From Eledone cirrhosa (lineage: Eukaryota), in assembly GCA_964016885.1 (NCBI GenBank), contig OZ024743.1, forward strand, positions 363,816,001 to 363,880,000: 64,000 nt of DNA, in the 5' to 3' direction. The notes beneath the pieces are model-generated. The model saw only the letters and a list, made by a program, of their open reading frames with translations, had not been told where the DNA came from and did not search any database. Both the position numbers and the translations under genes were made by a program. Shown here piece by piece: positions 11,698 through 25,305 of this stretch; within the stretch, counting starts at the first letter, position 1, and the number at the start of each line of letters is the position of its first letter.

Positions 11698-13860
11698 CTA
11701 GATACTCTTGTCACTATTATATATCTATATATTCGCGTATTCTGAATATATGCATACAATCATATTAGTTACAATATTTTGACCTTTCCTCTTTCCCAAA
11801 CCACGGGACAAATTTCAATTCAAGAATCTTTTGTATACATCACTCATCTTACAGCCACTTATTTGAATTAACTAAATTCATACCATCATCTCGTTTGTGT
11901 TATTCCCCTCATGTCGCATTTTAAAGATATGTATTCACCAAGTTTTCGTGCTAACCTATAAAGTGCAGCAGAAATTAATTGGATGTTCTTTGGCGCTTAC
12001 TATCCGCAAAGTATGGCTGACTAGGCAATTTTGAGGTATTTTATATGGAAAGGATAAATCATCTATCCATTCCGCCTCTTCCAGATAGGCTTGTCATCAG
12101 CTATTTCATGGTTGCTTCTTTGATATTCGTAGCTGGTCCCTGTATCTAGAAGCCGTCCAGGTATCCACCAGACCACCTGCGAGTGTGCTGAGTTGGAGTT
12201 GGTCGCCTCCCAGTTTGAGTTGACAAAACGATATCACCAGTATTGAAGTGTTGTAGCTAGCACACGACCAAGCTTCGTGTCAATGTTGTGTAAACAATAT
12301 CTTCATTGGCTAGACCATGTTAAACGTGTGTATGGAGTAAAGGCAGACTGATTAAGAACCATATTGATAAAAAAAAATGGGAAAATTATATTCAAACTAA
12401 ACAGTTTGGATGACAGTAATCAACAGAAATGAAGACAAATGCAACTCTCCTATTGAAACGTTAAAGAAGAAAAGGGGAAAGATTAATCTAAACAGGCAGC
12501 ACTTTACTGACTTATGAAAGGAATTGGAGGGCTCAGCATCGCTGTGGAAGGTTGTACGGTTGCTGTTCAGAACGTCTATAGCAGACGACAAAGGCCATAA
12601 TAATTGTTTCTGCTTTTGGCACAAGGCCAGCAATCATTCCAGTGCATTACTGGGCCATAATAATGCCTAGTATGTACGTGCATATTAAACAACCTAGACA
12701 ATATTATAATGTTGGCTCTTATGTATTTTTAAATCCAATAAGTGTTCCGTAAGTCTCATGAGACCACGAACCCTTACCTGGAAAGTCCCTCTCTAAGGCA
12801 TAGGCCTGGACAATCTTGTGTGGGAGGGGGGGGGGGGGGGGGGGGCGTGTGTGTGTGTGCACGAGCGTGTGTGTGTGTAATTCCAACAGGCACTCATACA
12901 TGCAAGTCTTCTCTCTCTGGTCACTGATGTTGTCCAAGAGCAGATAGAGCTTGTCATCGATGATCTCGCAGGCAAACTCAACGCAAAGGGCAACAATTCC
13001 GCTAATACACAGGATGAAAGGCAATATGACATCGGCAGGATTTGAGCTGAGCGCAGAGCCGGAACAACTTCTAATGTTGTTGTTACTGTTATCATTTACT
13101 GACAGTGTTTCGGGACAAAGGCATCAGCCTGAAGAATGAGCCCCGCAAAGTAGAATGGCATATGCAACGGGTATCACTGGCTGGTTGTTCTCTGCAGCAA
13201 CGCAATCGCTATCTTGCCCACAAGGCGTAACTGAGTGGTCGTCCTTTTTTCCCACCACTCTTTTTTCCTTCCTTTTCTTTTTTTTTCTTTTTGTCATTCA
13301 CAAATAAATCATGAAAAAAGAATGTTTCGAAGATTGTGTAAACAAGACACGATCTCGCTAGTCATAATGACGTCATATAGCAGCTGCAAAGCGAGACGCG
13401 CGTTACACCTGATCGTCGAACATTTCAAATTACCGAAATGAAGCTTCCGTTTTTCTTTTTGAAAAACTGATAGTTATTAGAAATCTCATAAGGTGGAGAT
13501 TGGTAAAACACGGAGCCCTTTCTCGACAGGCCTGCTTTTAGGAATTCCCTATTCTATCTTATACTTTCATTTACTATCCTATTGCTTTTCTTTTTTTTTT
13601 TTCTTTTTTTTAGTTTGATTTGTGTCTATGTTTGTCTATTTTGTGAGTTTGTTTAATTTTGTTTATTCTTTGTTGCTGAATCTTTCGTAAGTGACGTTGG
13701 AACCTCTCTGTGATTGATATTAAGGAATAGATGAAAAGGGCAAGTAGAAGCAAGTATTAGGAAATCTAGCAATTCGATTTTTACCTTTAACCATTGCTTC
13801 TCTGATACATCTTGGTGTCGAACAATAGGTAAAAATCATTACAATTTTGAAATTTTATAG

Positions 13861-13908
13861 AAGGCAACGAAAACACCAACCAGCTCATGATTTTTTCGAG
13901 TGACTACG
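13861..13908 (+). CDS. Putative internal exon of the EGF-TM gene: (x)GNENTNQLMIFSSDY
   Basis: tttatag|...G|gtaaga; 48 nt, phase 1-1, open and compatible with the next exon. Confidence 0.45.
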
Positions 13909-14011
13909 GTAAGATTTACAAAATTATCATGAGCATTTTTATATATTGTACCAGAGACTAATTTATAATGAAGTTACTTTCCTGTTCTATACATTCAATT
14001 GTGTATTTAAA

Positions 14012-14053
<42 letters not shown>

Positions 14054-14284
14054 TGTGTACATACATGTATACGCACCCGCCCCCCGCCATATATAAGTAA
14101 AGTGTGATATGGAATGGTCCCGTAACTCCTGATAGAGTGTAGGAGCGCCGTATTGTCATACGGCGTATTCTTGGGCATTTTAAGCCTAGCAGAGCCCATC
14201 CTTCTCCAGTCACGAGTACAGCAACTTTCTCCCAGAGAGGGGAAGAATCGACCCCAGTAAAGTATACGGGGTCTAAACCTAGGA

Positions 14285-14790
14285 AAAAGACTGAGTCACA
14301 AACCAAGAAACGATACAAAGATTCCTTAAAAGAGACATTGCAGGAATAAAAATCTATTCAAGCAACTGGGAAGAGGAAGTTCATGATAGGATAGGTTGGG
14401 GATGCAGAATGTGGTACTTGATGAGGAACTTGATAGATATGCTGAACTCAAGAGGGCTGCATGAAAATAATGATCTTAGAATTTCTCTTTGTTCACATTG
14501 TAAAAGGGTATGCCTATGAAATACTGACCTGAAATCCCATTTAAGGTCGAACAATTGAAATCAATTTGCATGTGAGTTAAACATAGACTACATATGTCAG
14601 GTTTGCCACAAAAGACGCAAGTCATCCGGTGATCTTAAGAAACATAAAATCTATAGAGATGAAGATGATTCAGGGAAAAACACTTTTCCATCAATACCCT
14701 CTAGACTCGATTTTAAAATTTGTCAAAAAGCATTTTATTCCATGTTTGGACTTAAAACACATTCACGGGCTCACAATAAAACATTCTACT
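14285..14790 (+). mobile_element. RTE-like LINE 3' end followed by three degenerate C2H2 zinc fingers
   Basis: KPRKRYKDSLKETL...NWEEEVHDRIGW, then CSHCKRVCL*NTDLKSHLR, CQVCHKRRKSSGDLKKHKI, (K)ICQKAFYSMFGLKTHSRAH. Confidence 0.6.
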
Positions 14791-14868
14791 TAAAAATAAA
14801 TACATATATAAATAAATAAAGATGTATAATCAAGATGAATCTTGTTCGTATATCAAGTGACAACCGCC

Positions 14869-14901
<33 letters not shown>

Positions 14902-15639
14902 GTATATATCTTCTTCTTCTTGAGTCATCCTTCCATTGAGGATGAAGCATCCATTTTGCTTTTTCTAGTGACTAGAATATATACACCTGCATTCTTAAAT
15001 ATTTCTCAGGTAACGGGAGCAGTTGTGCAAACCAATTGTCGAATTAACAGTCGATCATCTGTGAAGCCCCTGGTTTTCACGACACTGAGGTCGTCTAATT
15101 AAACTGATGATCGTTGCATGAGTTACTGCAAACTATGAGACAAGCAGGATTTTATCTAGGCTTACTCCTCTAAATCCGGCCTGTTCTGCTAGACTATCCT
15201 ATGATAACCATATCAGAGCACTTCGTGAAGGATGAGGCTTTTCACCACGCAGGTCGATCTTCAAACTGAGAGAGGCTAGGTGCTCAGCTTGAATAAGTAT
15301 ATATTGTGCATCATCAGTTCGCTGAATGGCATGTTGAACAGAAAGTGGGACACATGGAGACGCCACAGATGACCATCAAAGGCCAACTAGTGCTAACTAG
15401 CGAAATCTACTACAGCTCTGCACACTCTTAAATTAACATATATATTTACACATTATTAGATGACCGTTGACTCACATGAGCTCCTCGGCCCATTGTCAGG
15501 TTTTGCTTTTCATCCTGCAGGGTGTCTAAAATCCTCCTCATCAACCAAACCTATATATATTTCACGTTGCTCCTTCTACCTGGAGTTGCGACCGATAGAT
15601 AGTATTGTTTCCTCGGTCCGATTTGACGAAAGTTGATCG

Positions 15640-15691
<52 letters not shown>

Positions 15692-15940
15692 ATACATATG
15701 TGTGTGTGTGTGTGCATAGAACAATAAAAAAAACAAGTCAGGTGTAGGTAGATAGTCCATTGTTTTTACAATCGTTTCATAGGGTTGATTGATCGCTGGA
15801 GATCGATGTATCGACTAGCATGGTAGTGGCTAAATTACTACCTATTTCTAGTCGAGAAACCCCTGTTCAATCGGCTGTCTTATGCAAATAGGGAGTGGTG
15901 CGTTGCATACGCAACCCCAATTAGTCAACATGTTTACCAT

Positions 15941-16722
15941 ATCATCATCATCATCATCATTATTTTACGTCCACTTTTCCATGCTTGCAAGGGTGGGACA
16001 GGTCCTCTTCAGCACAGCACCTTTCCATATGCCACGGTCCTTCGTCTTCTCTGTGAGCTTCAGCAACCTGAGCTCAACTCTCACCACCTCCATCCATGTT
16101 TTTCGTAGTCTTCCTCTACTGCGTCTTCCTTCCACTGGGATTTCTTAGCACTTCTTCACCCAGCGGTCATCAACCATGCACATCACATGGCCATGCTAAA
16201 GCAGTCTTCTCTCCTGCACACTACAGTTTATTCCTCTTATACACAGTTTCACTCTCAACTCATCAATGCTTAGTCGTTCACGCATATTGACATTGCACAT
16301 CCATTTCACATACCATGCAGCATCGTTCATCTCACACAGGCATCATACAACCGCCCTTTCGTTCGCAGAGAGAAATCCTTCGTTGTCAACAGAGGAAGCA
16401 GCTCCCTAAACTTTTTCCATCCTGTCCTTATTGTAGATACTATGGCCTCGGAGCATCCTCCTCATTTGTTAATTTGATCACCTAGATATCGGAAGCTATC
16501 AACCACCTCTATTCATCCTGACTGCATTTGGAAAATGTGCCTATTACTGACACTTCTACTATCAATTTTTCCTGAACATCTACTACATATGTAGTTTTCC
16601 TTTCCTGTTAGTTTGCCTGCTATCCCACTACACCTGCATTGCGTACATTCTATAGAGTTTATGCCAACTCCTTTTCTACATACCGAGCATGGCCATTTCC
16701 CTAATGGAATCAGAGTCTTGTC

Positions 16723-16725
<3 letters not shown>
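15941..16725 (-). mobile_element. RTE-like LINE 3' fragment with (TGA)n tail
   Basis: GKWPCSVCRKGVGINSIEC motif, W.GHV.R and GRRSRGRLRKTW; homologous to 19005-19900. Confidence 0.75.
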
Positions 16726-16766
<41 letters not shown>

Positions 16767-16770
<4 letters not shown>

Positions 16771-16877
16771 AACCAGTAAGACCCCGACGGCTGAGCTCAA
16801 GCCGTTTTGACGGCTAATTCTCAGAATTAGCCGTCGAAACGGCTTGAGCTCAGCCGTCGGGGTCTTACTGGTTCCTA
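16767..16877. repeat. 111-bp near-perfect palindrome centred on a hammerhead helix II
   Basis: Arms 16767-16820 and 16824-16877 with one mismatch; right arm reads GAAAC-GGC(ttgagctca)GCC-GTC. Confidence 0.9.
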
Positions 16878-17223
16878 TTATCCACTCTACTACCCTAAGT
16901 ATTGAGTACTTTGGTGCGTTATGGTCCACCTGGTTCCTTACCACATTTCCTTCGTTATATATATATATACATTTTTTTTGCAAGATTCTTGATATTAAAT
17001 CGTGTGTTAAAACCGATATTGTTATATATGGGAATATATAACAATGACCAGAGTCAGAAATTATGACGTCATCATCGCTAATTATCCGTACCTAGCTTCT
17101 GTTAGAATGATACGCCATCAGTTTTCAAACTCATAGCTGAAGGCTTTCAAAATGTTTATCTATAAACATACCGTATATCGCCAGAGATACAACTTCACGT
17201 ATTTCATATACAAGTGTTAATGC

Positions 17224-17276
<53 letters not shown>

Positions 17277-17525
17277 AATTTAAAGATAATGCCACCCACA
17301 CCCAGCGCATCAGCAAGGAATCTTACTTCATTAACAAATACGGACCCCGTCTAAACACTTCTCCCTAAGACGAACCCACAACATACACACGTTAACATAC
17401 ATACCTACATCAGCACACATCTCCACCCACATATAAACACAATGACATACGTAAACACACATGCTCTATGGTGCAACACAGAAAAATATATGTGTATATA
17501 TATATATATATGTATATATATGTAA

Positions 17526-17578
<53 letters not shown>

Positions 17579-17806
17579 TAAAAAAATAATGAATAAAACA
17601 ATGAAACAGTTCCTTATATTAAACAAAAAAAGTTCATTATTTAACGATCGTTTCTAGGACATATATGTGTTAGAATTGGTATGCATATTCAACAGATCTA
17701 TGTACAAAATTATACAAAATTATACAAATTATCAAATATAATATACATACCAACACATACATATGCCGTCTTCAGAAATAAACCGTAAACTCTTGGTAGA
17801 TTTATC

Positions 17807-17853
<47 letters not shown>

Positions 17854-18020
17854 ATATGTATATATATATATATAGTGAATATATGTATGTGTATATATAT
17901 GTAGTGAATATCATTTCACACCTTTTATTGTTAAGATTGTTGATGTTCTATTAAGAGAACCGATTTTACTGAAAAAATCGAATAATGTACACCATTTTAC
18001 CAGGGGAAAAAAATACTGGT

Positions 18021-18057
<37 letters not shown>

Positions 18058-18202
18058 CACACACACATACACACGCGTACATTAACATACAAAGAGACTT
18101 ATACACACACACACACACGCACTTCTCCGTATAAGACAAAAGCTGAAAAATATCTTTTGACACATTCTTACTGACCATCCCTGCTACCACGAATTACTCT
18201 GC

Positions 18203-18261
<59 letters not shown>

Positions 18262-18378
18262 ATCTTAATAGCCATTTGACACACATCCCTGCTAACCATT
18301 ATCACAACATCGAACACCTTACTACTACTACACACACACACACACACACATATTTGTTGTGAAAGAGTCATTTCTCAA

Positions 18379-18624
18379 TCTTGGCGCAAAACCAATTTTT
18401 TATTCACATGACCTCTACCGACCAATCAAAATTGTTTTGACCACAAGAATTTTTGCAAACACCAAATAACGCTGGAGCCACTTTTTTAACATAAAAACAG
18501 TCTTGGCGCAAAATCAATTTTTTACATTCACATGACCTCTACCGACCAATCAAAATTGTTTTGACCACAAGAATTTTTGCAACACCAAAGTAACGCTGGA
18601 GCCACTTTTTTAACATAAAAACAG
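18379..18624. repeat. Tandem duplication, 2 x ~122 bp
   Basis: tcttggcgcaaa...cataaaaacag at 18379-18500 and 18501-18624. Confidence 0.9.
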
Positions 18625-18840
18625 GTAGAATTCCCAAAACTAATCAGATCAGAGCAAACAACACGGACACTCTATCGCAAAATTATTTTTGAAAAGCATT
18701 TAGAAATGCGCAACCGGTATAAACTTAAAAACTTAAAACCACAACTGAATACTAACCCATACAATCACTAATACTCTTTTATTCCTAATTAAACCATTTT
18801 TCAACTGTGAACAATTTGTCAGCATTTTCTATTCCGTTTA

Positions 18841-18884
<44 letters not shown>

Positions 18885-18890
18885 CGTGTG

Positions 18891-19001
<111 letters not shown>

Positions 19002-19004
19002 ATA

Positions 19005-21960
19005 TCATCGTCGTCATCGTCGTTGTTTTACATCAGTTTTTCCTTTTCTAGCGCAGCATCCCTCCATTTGTGTCTGCCCTCCGTCATCTCCTCTGTGAAC
19101 TTCAGGGATTTGAGATTAGTTCTCACTACTTCGGCCCAGGTCTTTCTTGATCTTTCTCTGTTACAATTTCTTTTCACTGGTACTTCTTCAACATCCATAC
19201 GCATCACTTGGTCATATCATCGCAGTTTTCTCTCTTGCACGCTACATCTGATTCCTCTTATACCCTGCTTTTCTCTCATTACTTCCTTCGAATCACACTT
19301 GCTTCATTTCTCTCCAGCCTTCACATATCCTCTGCATTCACTGTCCATGTCCCACTATCGTGCATCGCACGCAAGCATCATGCGGCTGCCCTTTCGTTTG
19401 TTGAGCGAAACATTTTGTTGTCAACAGAGTTAATAACTCCCTAAACCTTTTCACCCTGTTCTTATTCTAACTACTATGCCAGTCATGGGCAAACCGCGGC
19501 CCATTTGGCTTTCTTGAATGGCACGCCTGATTTCGCTTTATGATGAGCCACATCACATTCGTCCCACTGCTCAAAAAAGGTTTCCCATGCCTGTACTATG
19601 CTCTCAAAGCAACTTCATCTGGTAATAGATGCTATCAACTACTTTTATCGATCCTTCCCAGAATTGAAAAACTTTATTTTGCCGATGCCTCAACTACTAA
19701 CTATCTTTGAATCTGCTACATATAAATTTTATATTTTTTCTGTTAGTGTGCCTGTTCTCCAACTAAACCTTTTGTGTATCCAAGATTTACATTGTATACA
19801 TCGTATAAAGTTTCTACCTACTCCTTTTCTACGCATCGGGCAAAGCTACTTCCCTGAGGGATCAGAGTCTTGTCTTCCTATTCACTAAAACTTTACATTT
19901 TCTTAAGCTTGCTCTAAGCCTTTTTTATTCTAATTTCTATTTCCAAAGCTGGAATTTCTTCTCTAGCTCTTCCACAGATTCAGTTATGAGAACCATTGAT
20001 CAGCTTTTGAAATTTCCATGGGACTTCTGTATGATAACGATCTGGTTCTATATGCTTAAACTCAGTTAGGGCATGGAGAACTATAATAAAAAGGGAGTGG
20101 GATGATGCTTGAGCTCTGAAGGACACCTACCTGTAAGTAGAATTTCTCAATAAACTCAACACCGACTCTCACTTTACTGACAACTCCTCTGCACATGGCT
20201 TGCACTGCTCTCACAAGTCGTTTTCTAGACATAGTTTCCTTAAGGACAACCAGATGACAGATCGTGGTACTCTGTGAAATGCCTTCTCTAAGTCCACGAA
20301 AGCTAGATATAGTGGCTTATAGCTGGATAATAAGAAGATGGTGTCTGTGGTGTTCATCCCTAGCACAAAACTAAACTGCATCACATCTAATTTGACTCAT
20401 TCCCTAATTAGATGTCACTATCCCTAATTAGTTGTCACTTTTATGATTTAGTACATCAGTTTTGTGCCCCTGTATTTGCTCATTTCTAATGCATCAATTT
20501 TTCTCTTGTAACAACGAGCAAACTATTACGCCAGTCATTGGGTATGACCCCGACATGTGTTACCAGCTTGAGATTATGTGGTTGACTAATTCGACTCCTA
20601 CTACCCCTGTGAATTTCAGTATCTCCGCTACTATCTCTGACGGACCAACGATTTTACCATTTTTCATCTCCTTCATTGCTTCTTTGGCCCCTCTATAACT
20701 GTCAGTTTTGATAGCTGGCTTCTCTGTTGGGTCAGCAGGGAGTAGTTTCTTTTCCTCCCACTCATTCTCTATATTCATCAACCTTTCATAATAACATTTC
20801 CATCCTTCTTTCTTTTTGGGCGTTAATGATATTAAGTCCACTGGTGTCATTTCAGACACACTTTTCCCAGTAATATCCTGGTTTTCTCTGACACACTGCA
20901 TTGCAATGTGAAACACCTCATGCCTCATGCCTTACGTTGCAAAACATTGGCAAGCCGCCTGCTTTCAGCTCCTCTGCGTGTTAATTATACCTTTTGTCTA
21001 GCTTCACTTTTAACTACTTGGTGGTAAACTCTGCTGCCCCCATTGTTCCAGTCTTCCCACGTCTATCTCTTAGCCTAATAACAGCTATCTCCATAGTGTT
21101 GTTTCACCACTAGGTCATCCTCTGCCTGGCTGGTTCTTTGCTCCAGTCACAAGTCTTGTCGGTAGCCTGTCTCTTAGGTAGTTCCAACTGTTTTTTATGT
21201 CATAAGTATTTAACTCCTCATCCTTCTTATTATATGCATCACATAGGGCTTTCCTAAACCTTTATTTAACAGGATTTTTTTTCAGTTTCAATATTCTCTT
21301 TCTCTAGATTTTCCTGTGTTTTTGTTCCTTCTTATGCTTATTTTGGAGTAACTAATAACTAACTTATGCTGTGTGGTGCATTCTTCATTTGGGAAGACCT
21401 TAGTATTCATAATCCCGTTTTCTAATAAGTAAAAAGTCAATCTGGCTTGTGTAGCTTCATGATTGGTAGGTGTTCAGGTGGCTGACCGGTTTCCTGAAAT
21501 TAGAATTGTAGATAGTTCATTTGCATCACAGAACTCCACGAGCCTTGCTGTCTCTTCTTTTTTCATACCCATAGTCACCGTGTACTCCAGGATATCCATC
21601 CTGATACTGGTAAACATATATACTGAAATCGCCAGTAAGTTTTTGTCATCTGTAACCGAGGTTGTCTGTAGGTTACCCTCACAAAAACGATCCATTTGCT
21701 CTTTACTTGACCTGACTGATTTGCATATGTAGAGATAATTGTTATAAATCTATTGCCTATGACTAATTCCTCCACTTACTATTTAAATTACCTTAAACTA
21801 CCACTTCTCAGTTAGTAGAATGTCTACTCCACCTACCCCATCACCATTTTCTATCCAGAAACGTTTGTATCTAAACTGTTTTCCTGTGAGGAGTCTGTTT
21901 TAGGTTCCCTCCATCTCACTTCTTGTACAAAGTACACATCTATTCATCTGCTCTCAAGTA
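19005..21960 (-). mobile_element. RTE-like LINE, degraded, spanning endonuclease to C-terminus
   Basis: RLVEFCDANEL; AMKEMKNGKIVGPSEIVAEILK; FVDLEKAF; Cys-rich insert; simple-repeat tail at 19005-19025. Confidence 0.8.
19480..19593. mobile_element. 114-bp hAT-type MITE nested in the RTE
   Basis: Imperfect TIR CAGTCATGGGCAAACC / GGTTTCCCATGCCTG; 8-bp TSD TACTATGC at 19472-19479 and 19594-19601. Confidence 0.85.
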
Positions 21961-21964
21961 ATTG

Positions 21965-24145
21965 AGAGGAAGTACTTGCGAGACATGGCGCTGGTAACTG
22001 CAATGACAATGGATGATTGCTGTAGGAATTCTGCGTAGAACATCAACTCGTCATCACGAACACCAACTCCCAGCAGAAGGACAGTTTGAAAACAACCTGG
22101 ATGCATCCTCGTTTTAATACTGGGCCTCGTTGATTACATTCTAGTGCGCCTATGTGACGTGAAAGACATCTTCCATACCAGAGTGATGTCCAGTGCGGAA
22201 TGTCACACCGACCATTGTCTCGTACACTGCAAACTCAAGCTCCACTTTAATCTCTAATCAAAGAAAGGAGGGCCCACAGGAAAAAGTTCAAGGTTGAAGT
22301 GAAAGCTGATTTCCAGGCAGCCCTTCAGTTGAGGCTTGAAGATGCAAGCATTCCTACAGATCACTCTCTAGAAACACTTTGGAAACATCTGAATACTGCC
22401 ATTCTGAAGATATCTGGAGAGGTCGTTGGGTTCACCACAAAGAAGAACAAAGGCTAGTTTGACGAAAACAAGGTAAGTCAAGAATTGCAGGTGAAGAAGA
22501 GATTCACCCACCAGACTCACTTAACTCAGACATTTTGACCTGTGAAGAAAGTTGCATTCCACCTCGTATACAGTAACCTCCAACGTAAGCTTCGAGAGAT
22601 CTAGAATAGATTGTGGACCAAACTTCCTTTGAGAACTGCTGTGCGCAGACATTGGAGGCATCAAGGGCTTGTATGGACCTTCATATCAGGTCCAGAGTCC
22701 TTTGTGCAGTGCAGACAGCCGGTCGCTCTTCACACACAGGGCTCCCATCTTAAACCATTGGTTAGAACATTTCCAGGCCATCTGCAGCGCTAACCACACT
22801 GTCCAGAGATCAGCAATTCTCTGCATTTCCCAACAACCAATAAAAGCGAAACTGGGTGTGTTGCCCACCATTGAAGAAACCACCGAAGCCATAGCGCAGC
22901 TAAGGAGTGGCAAAGCAGCAAGAGTCAATGGAATTCCAACTGAGATTTGGAAACATAGAGGAAACAGCACTATACGCGAAACTCCACAAGTTCTTTGTAT
23001 GTTGCTGGAAGCAGGGTAGTCTGCCACAAGCTCTCCACGATGCAAAAGAGAAACGTCAGACTGCTCAAATTACCGGAGGATTACTCTGCTATCTGTCGCT
23101 GAAAATATCCTCGCAAGGATGCTGCTAAATAAGCAGAACACTTCCCAGTGTGGCTTCAGAGTCAACTAGAGCAAGTGTCTGTTCTTAGGCAGTTCCAAGG
23201 AAAGTACCCGGCGTCCGTCGACTTAACTAAAGTATTCGATACAGTGAGCAGAAAAGGAATGTGGAAAATGATGAAACGACTCGGTTGTCCCCCAAAAGTT
23301 CCTGAAAATGTTCATCCAGCTTCATAAAGGCCAGTGTGGTCATGTTGGACTAGCAGTGACCTCTCAGAGTCCTTCCTGATCATCAATGGAGTGAATCAGG
23401 GTTGCTTCCTGACACCGACTCTCTTCACTATCTTCTTCAGCATAATACTCAAACAGACCACAAAAGAGAAGATCTTGATGAAGAGGACGGAGTCTACATC
23501 AGATACCATCTTAATGGCAGCCTGCTTAATCTTTGTTGACTACAAGCCCATACAAAGAAGCTGGAGTAACTGATTCGAGACCTCCTCGTTGCTGACGATG
23601 CTCTTGTTACCCACACAGAAAGAGCCTTGCAGCGCATCAGTAACTGCTTCGCAGAGGCTGCTCATCTTAGAACTGGAAATCAACTGAAAGAATATGGAGG
23701 TACTTCTGCAGCCTACAAAACAGAAAGAATCCCCACCGGAAAACAGTCAGCGGTTCACCTACCTAGGGTGCACCATCACATCAGATGGGATATTGGCAAC
23801 AGATTGGCAAAGGCGAGCAGTGCATTTGGCAGAGTGTACAAATGCGTTGGGAACAATAAACATCTGAATAGGGTACCAAGATCAGAGTATACAGAGCCAT
23901 ATTCTTTACACTCTTCTTATATGACACAGAGTCGTGGTTCATTTATCGTCACCACCTTCAACTTCTCTAGCACGTCCACTCGCGCTGCCTCCGTACCATC
24001 CTCAACATCCACTAGAGTGACTTTATCACCAATGTTTAAGTCCTTGAATGGGCGGAGGTTACTAGCATCGAGGCCATGCTGCTGAAGTCCCAACTACGCT
24101 ATGGAAGGTACGTATCCAGGATGAAGGATCATCGCCTGCCTAAGA
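21965..24145 (+). mobile_element. RTE/BovB-like LINE, degraded
   Basis: ECHTDH; LRSGKAARVNGIPTEIWK; GVNQGCFLTPTLF; ADD; RLAKASSAFGR; ends DHRLPK at a (TA)n tract. Confidence 0.85.
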
Positions 24146-24182
<37 letters not shown>

Positions 24183-24190
<8 letters not shown>

Positions 24191-24332
24191 ATACTTTGGG
24201 AGGGTCATGTTGCCAATAAGAAACACACGCACCAGTTGCTTTCACTTCAATTTATTATAATAAATTGAAGTGAAAGCACCTGGTGCGTGTGTTTCTTATT
24301 GGCAACATGACCCTCCCAAAGTATAACAATAT
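24183..24332. repeat. 150-bp palindrome with no spacer, between (TA)n tracts
   Basis: Centre tttattataataaa (24257/24258), one mismatch; same family at 2452-2587, 3020-3068 and 16975-17032. Confidence 0.9.
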
Positions 24333-24386
24333 CGGTTTCAACACACGTTTTCAGATAAAGAATCTTGCCAAACAAATTCAGAAACG

Positions 24387-24432
<46 letters not shown>

Positions 24433-24835
24433 CCGTCACTAATCTCATTTTCTTCTTTTTCGTTTTCATAACATTTCGCCGTAATGCCGTTTATATGTAA
24501 TATCGTCTTTTTTAATGTATCATGGATTACTTTACTGATTACGGAAGAAAGTTTGACACAGTCATTGTTCGGTTTCTGTGAATATTGTCAATTTACTTTT
24601 CAATTTACGTATCAAATCTATTTACATATTTATTTGCGTATGATATCAATTTGTACACTACATATGCTAGCAGAAAACCGCCCGGTGGGTGTTTTTTCTG
24701 ATATATATATATATATATATATAGTAATAATAATAACTGTGAAGACTAAAATCCAAAGAGGGTTCGATAAGGATAAATATATATCAAATATATAAGAATC
24801 CTAGAGCAAATATTTATTAAAATAACAGATTAATT

Positions 24836-24889
<54 letters not shown>

Positions 24890-24896
<7 letters not shown>

Positions 24897-25199
24897 TAAA
24901 AGGAAAAGAAAATGCTGACAAATTTTTCCCAGTGAAAAATAGTTTAATTAGGAATAAGTATAAATTAGTAATAAGTATTGGTTAGTATTCAGTTTTAGTA
25001 GTTAAGTTTTTAGAGCAAACATCACGAGCGCTCTATCTCAAAATTATTTTTGGAAAGCATTAGAAATGCGCAACCGGTAAAAACTTAAAACTAAAACTGA
25101 ATACTAACCAATACTTATTACTAATTTATACTTATTCCTAATTAAACTATTTTTCACTGGGAAAAATTTGTCAGCATTTTCTTTTCCTTTTACTAATAT
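24890..25199. repeat. Inverted repeat, ~120-bp arms, ~66-bp spacer with a degenerate hammerhead
   Basis: Arms 24890-25011 and 25078-25199; spacer TTGGAAA-GCATT..AATGC-GCAA-CCGG-TA; related copy at 18650-18845. Confidence 0.85.
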
Positions 25200-25231
25200 A
25201 TCACAACTCGTGTGTTACACCTCTATTTTTT

Positions 25232-25300
<69 letters not shown>

Positions 25301-25305
<5 letters not shown>

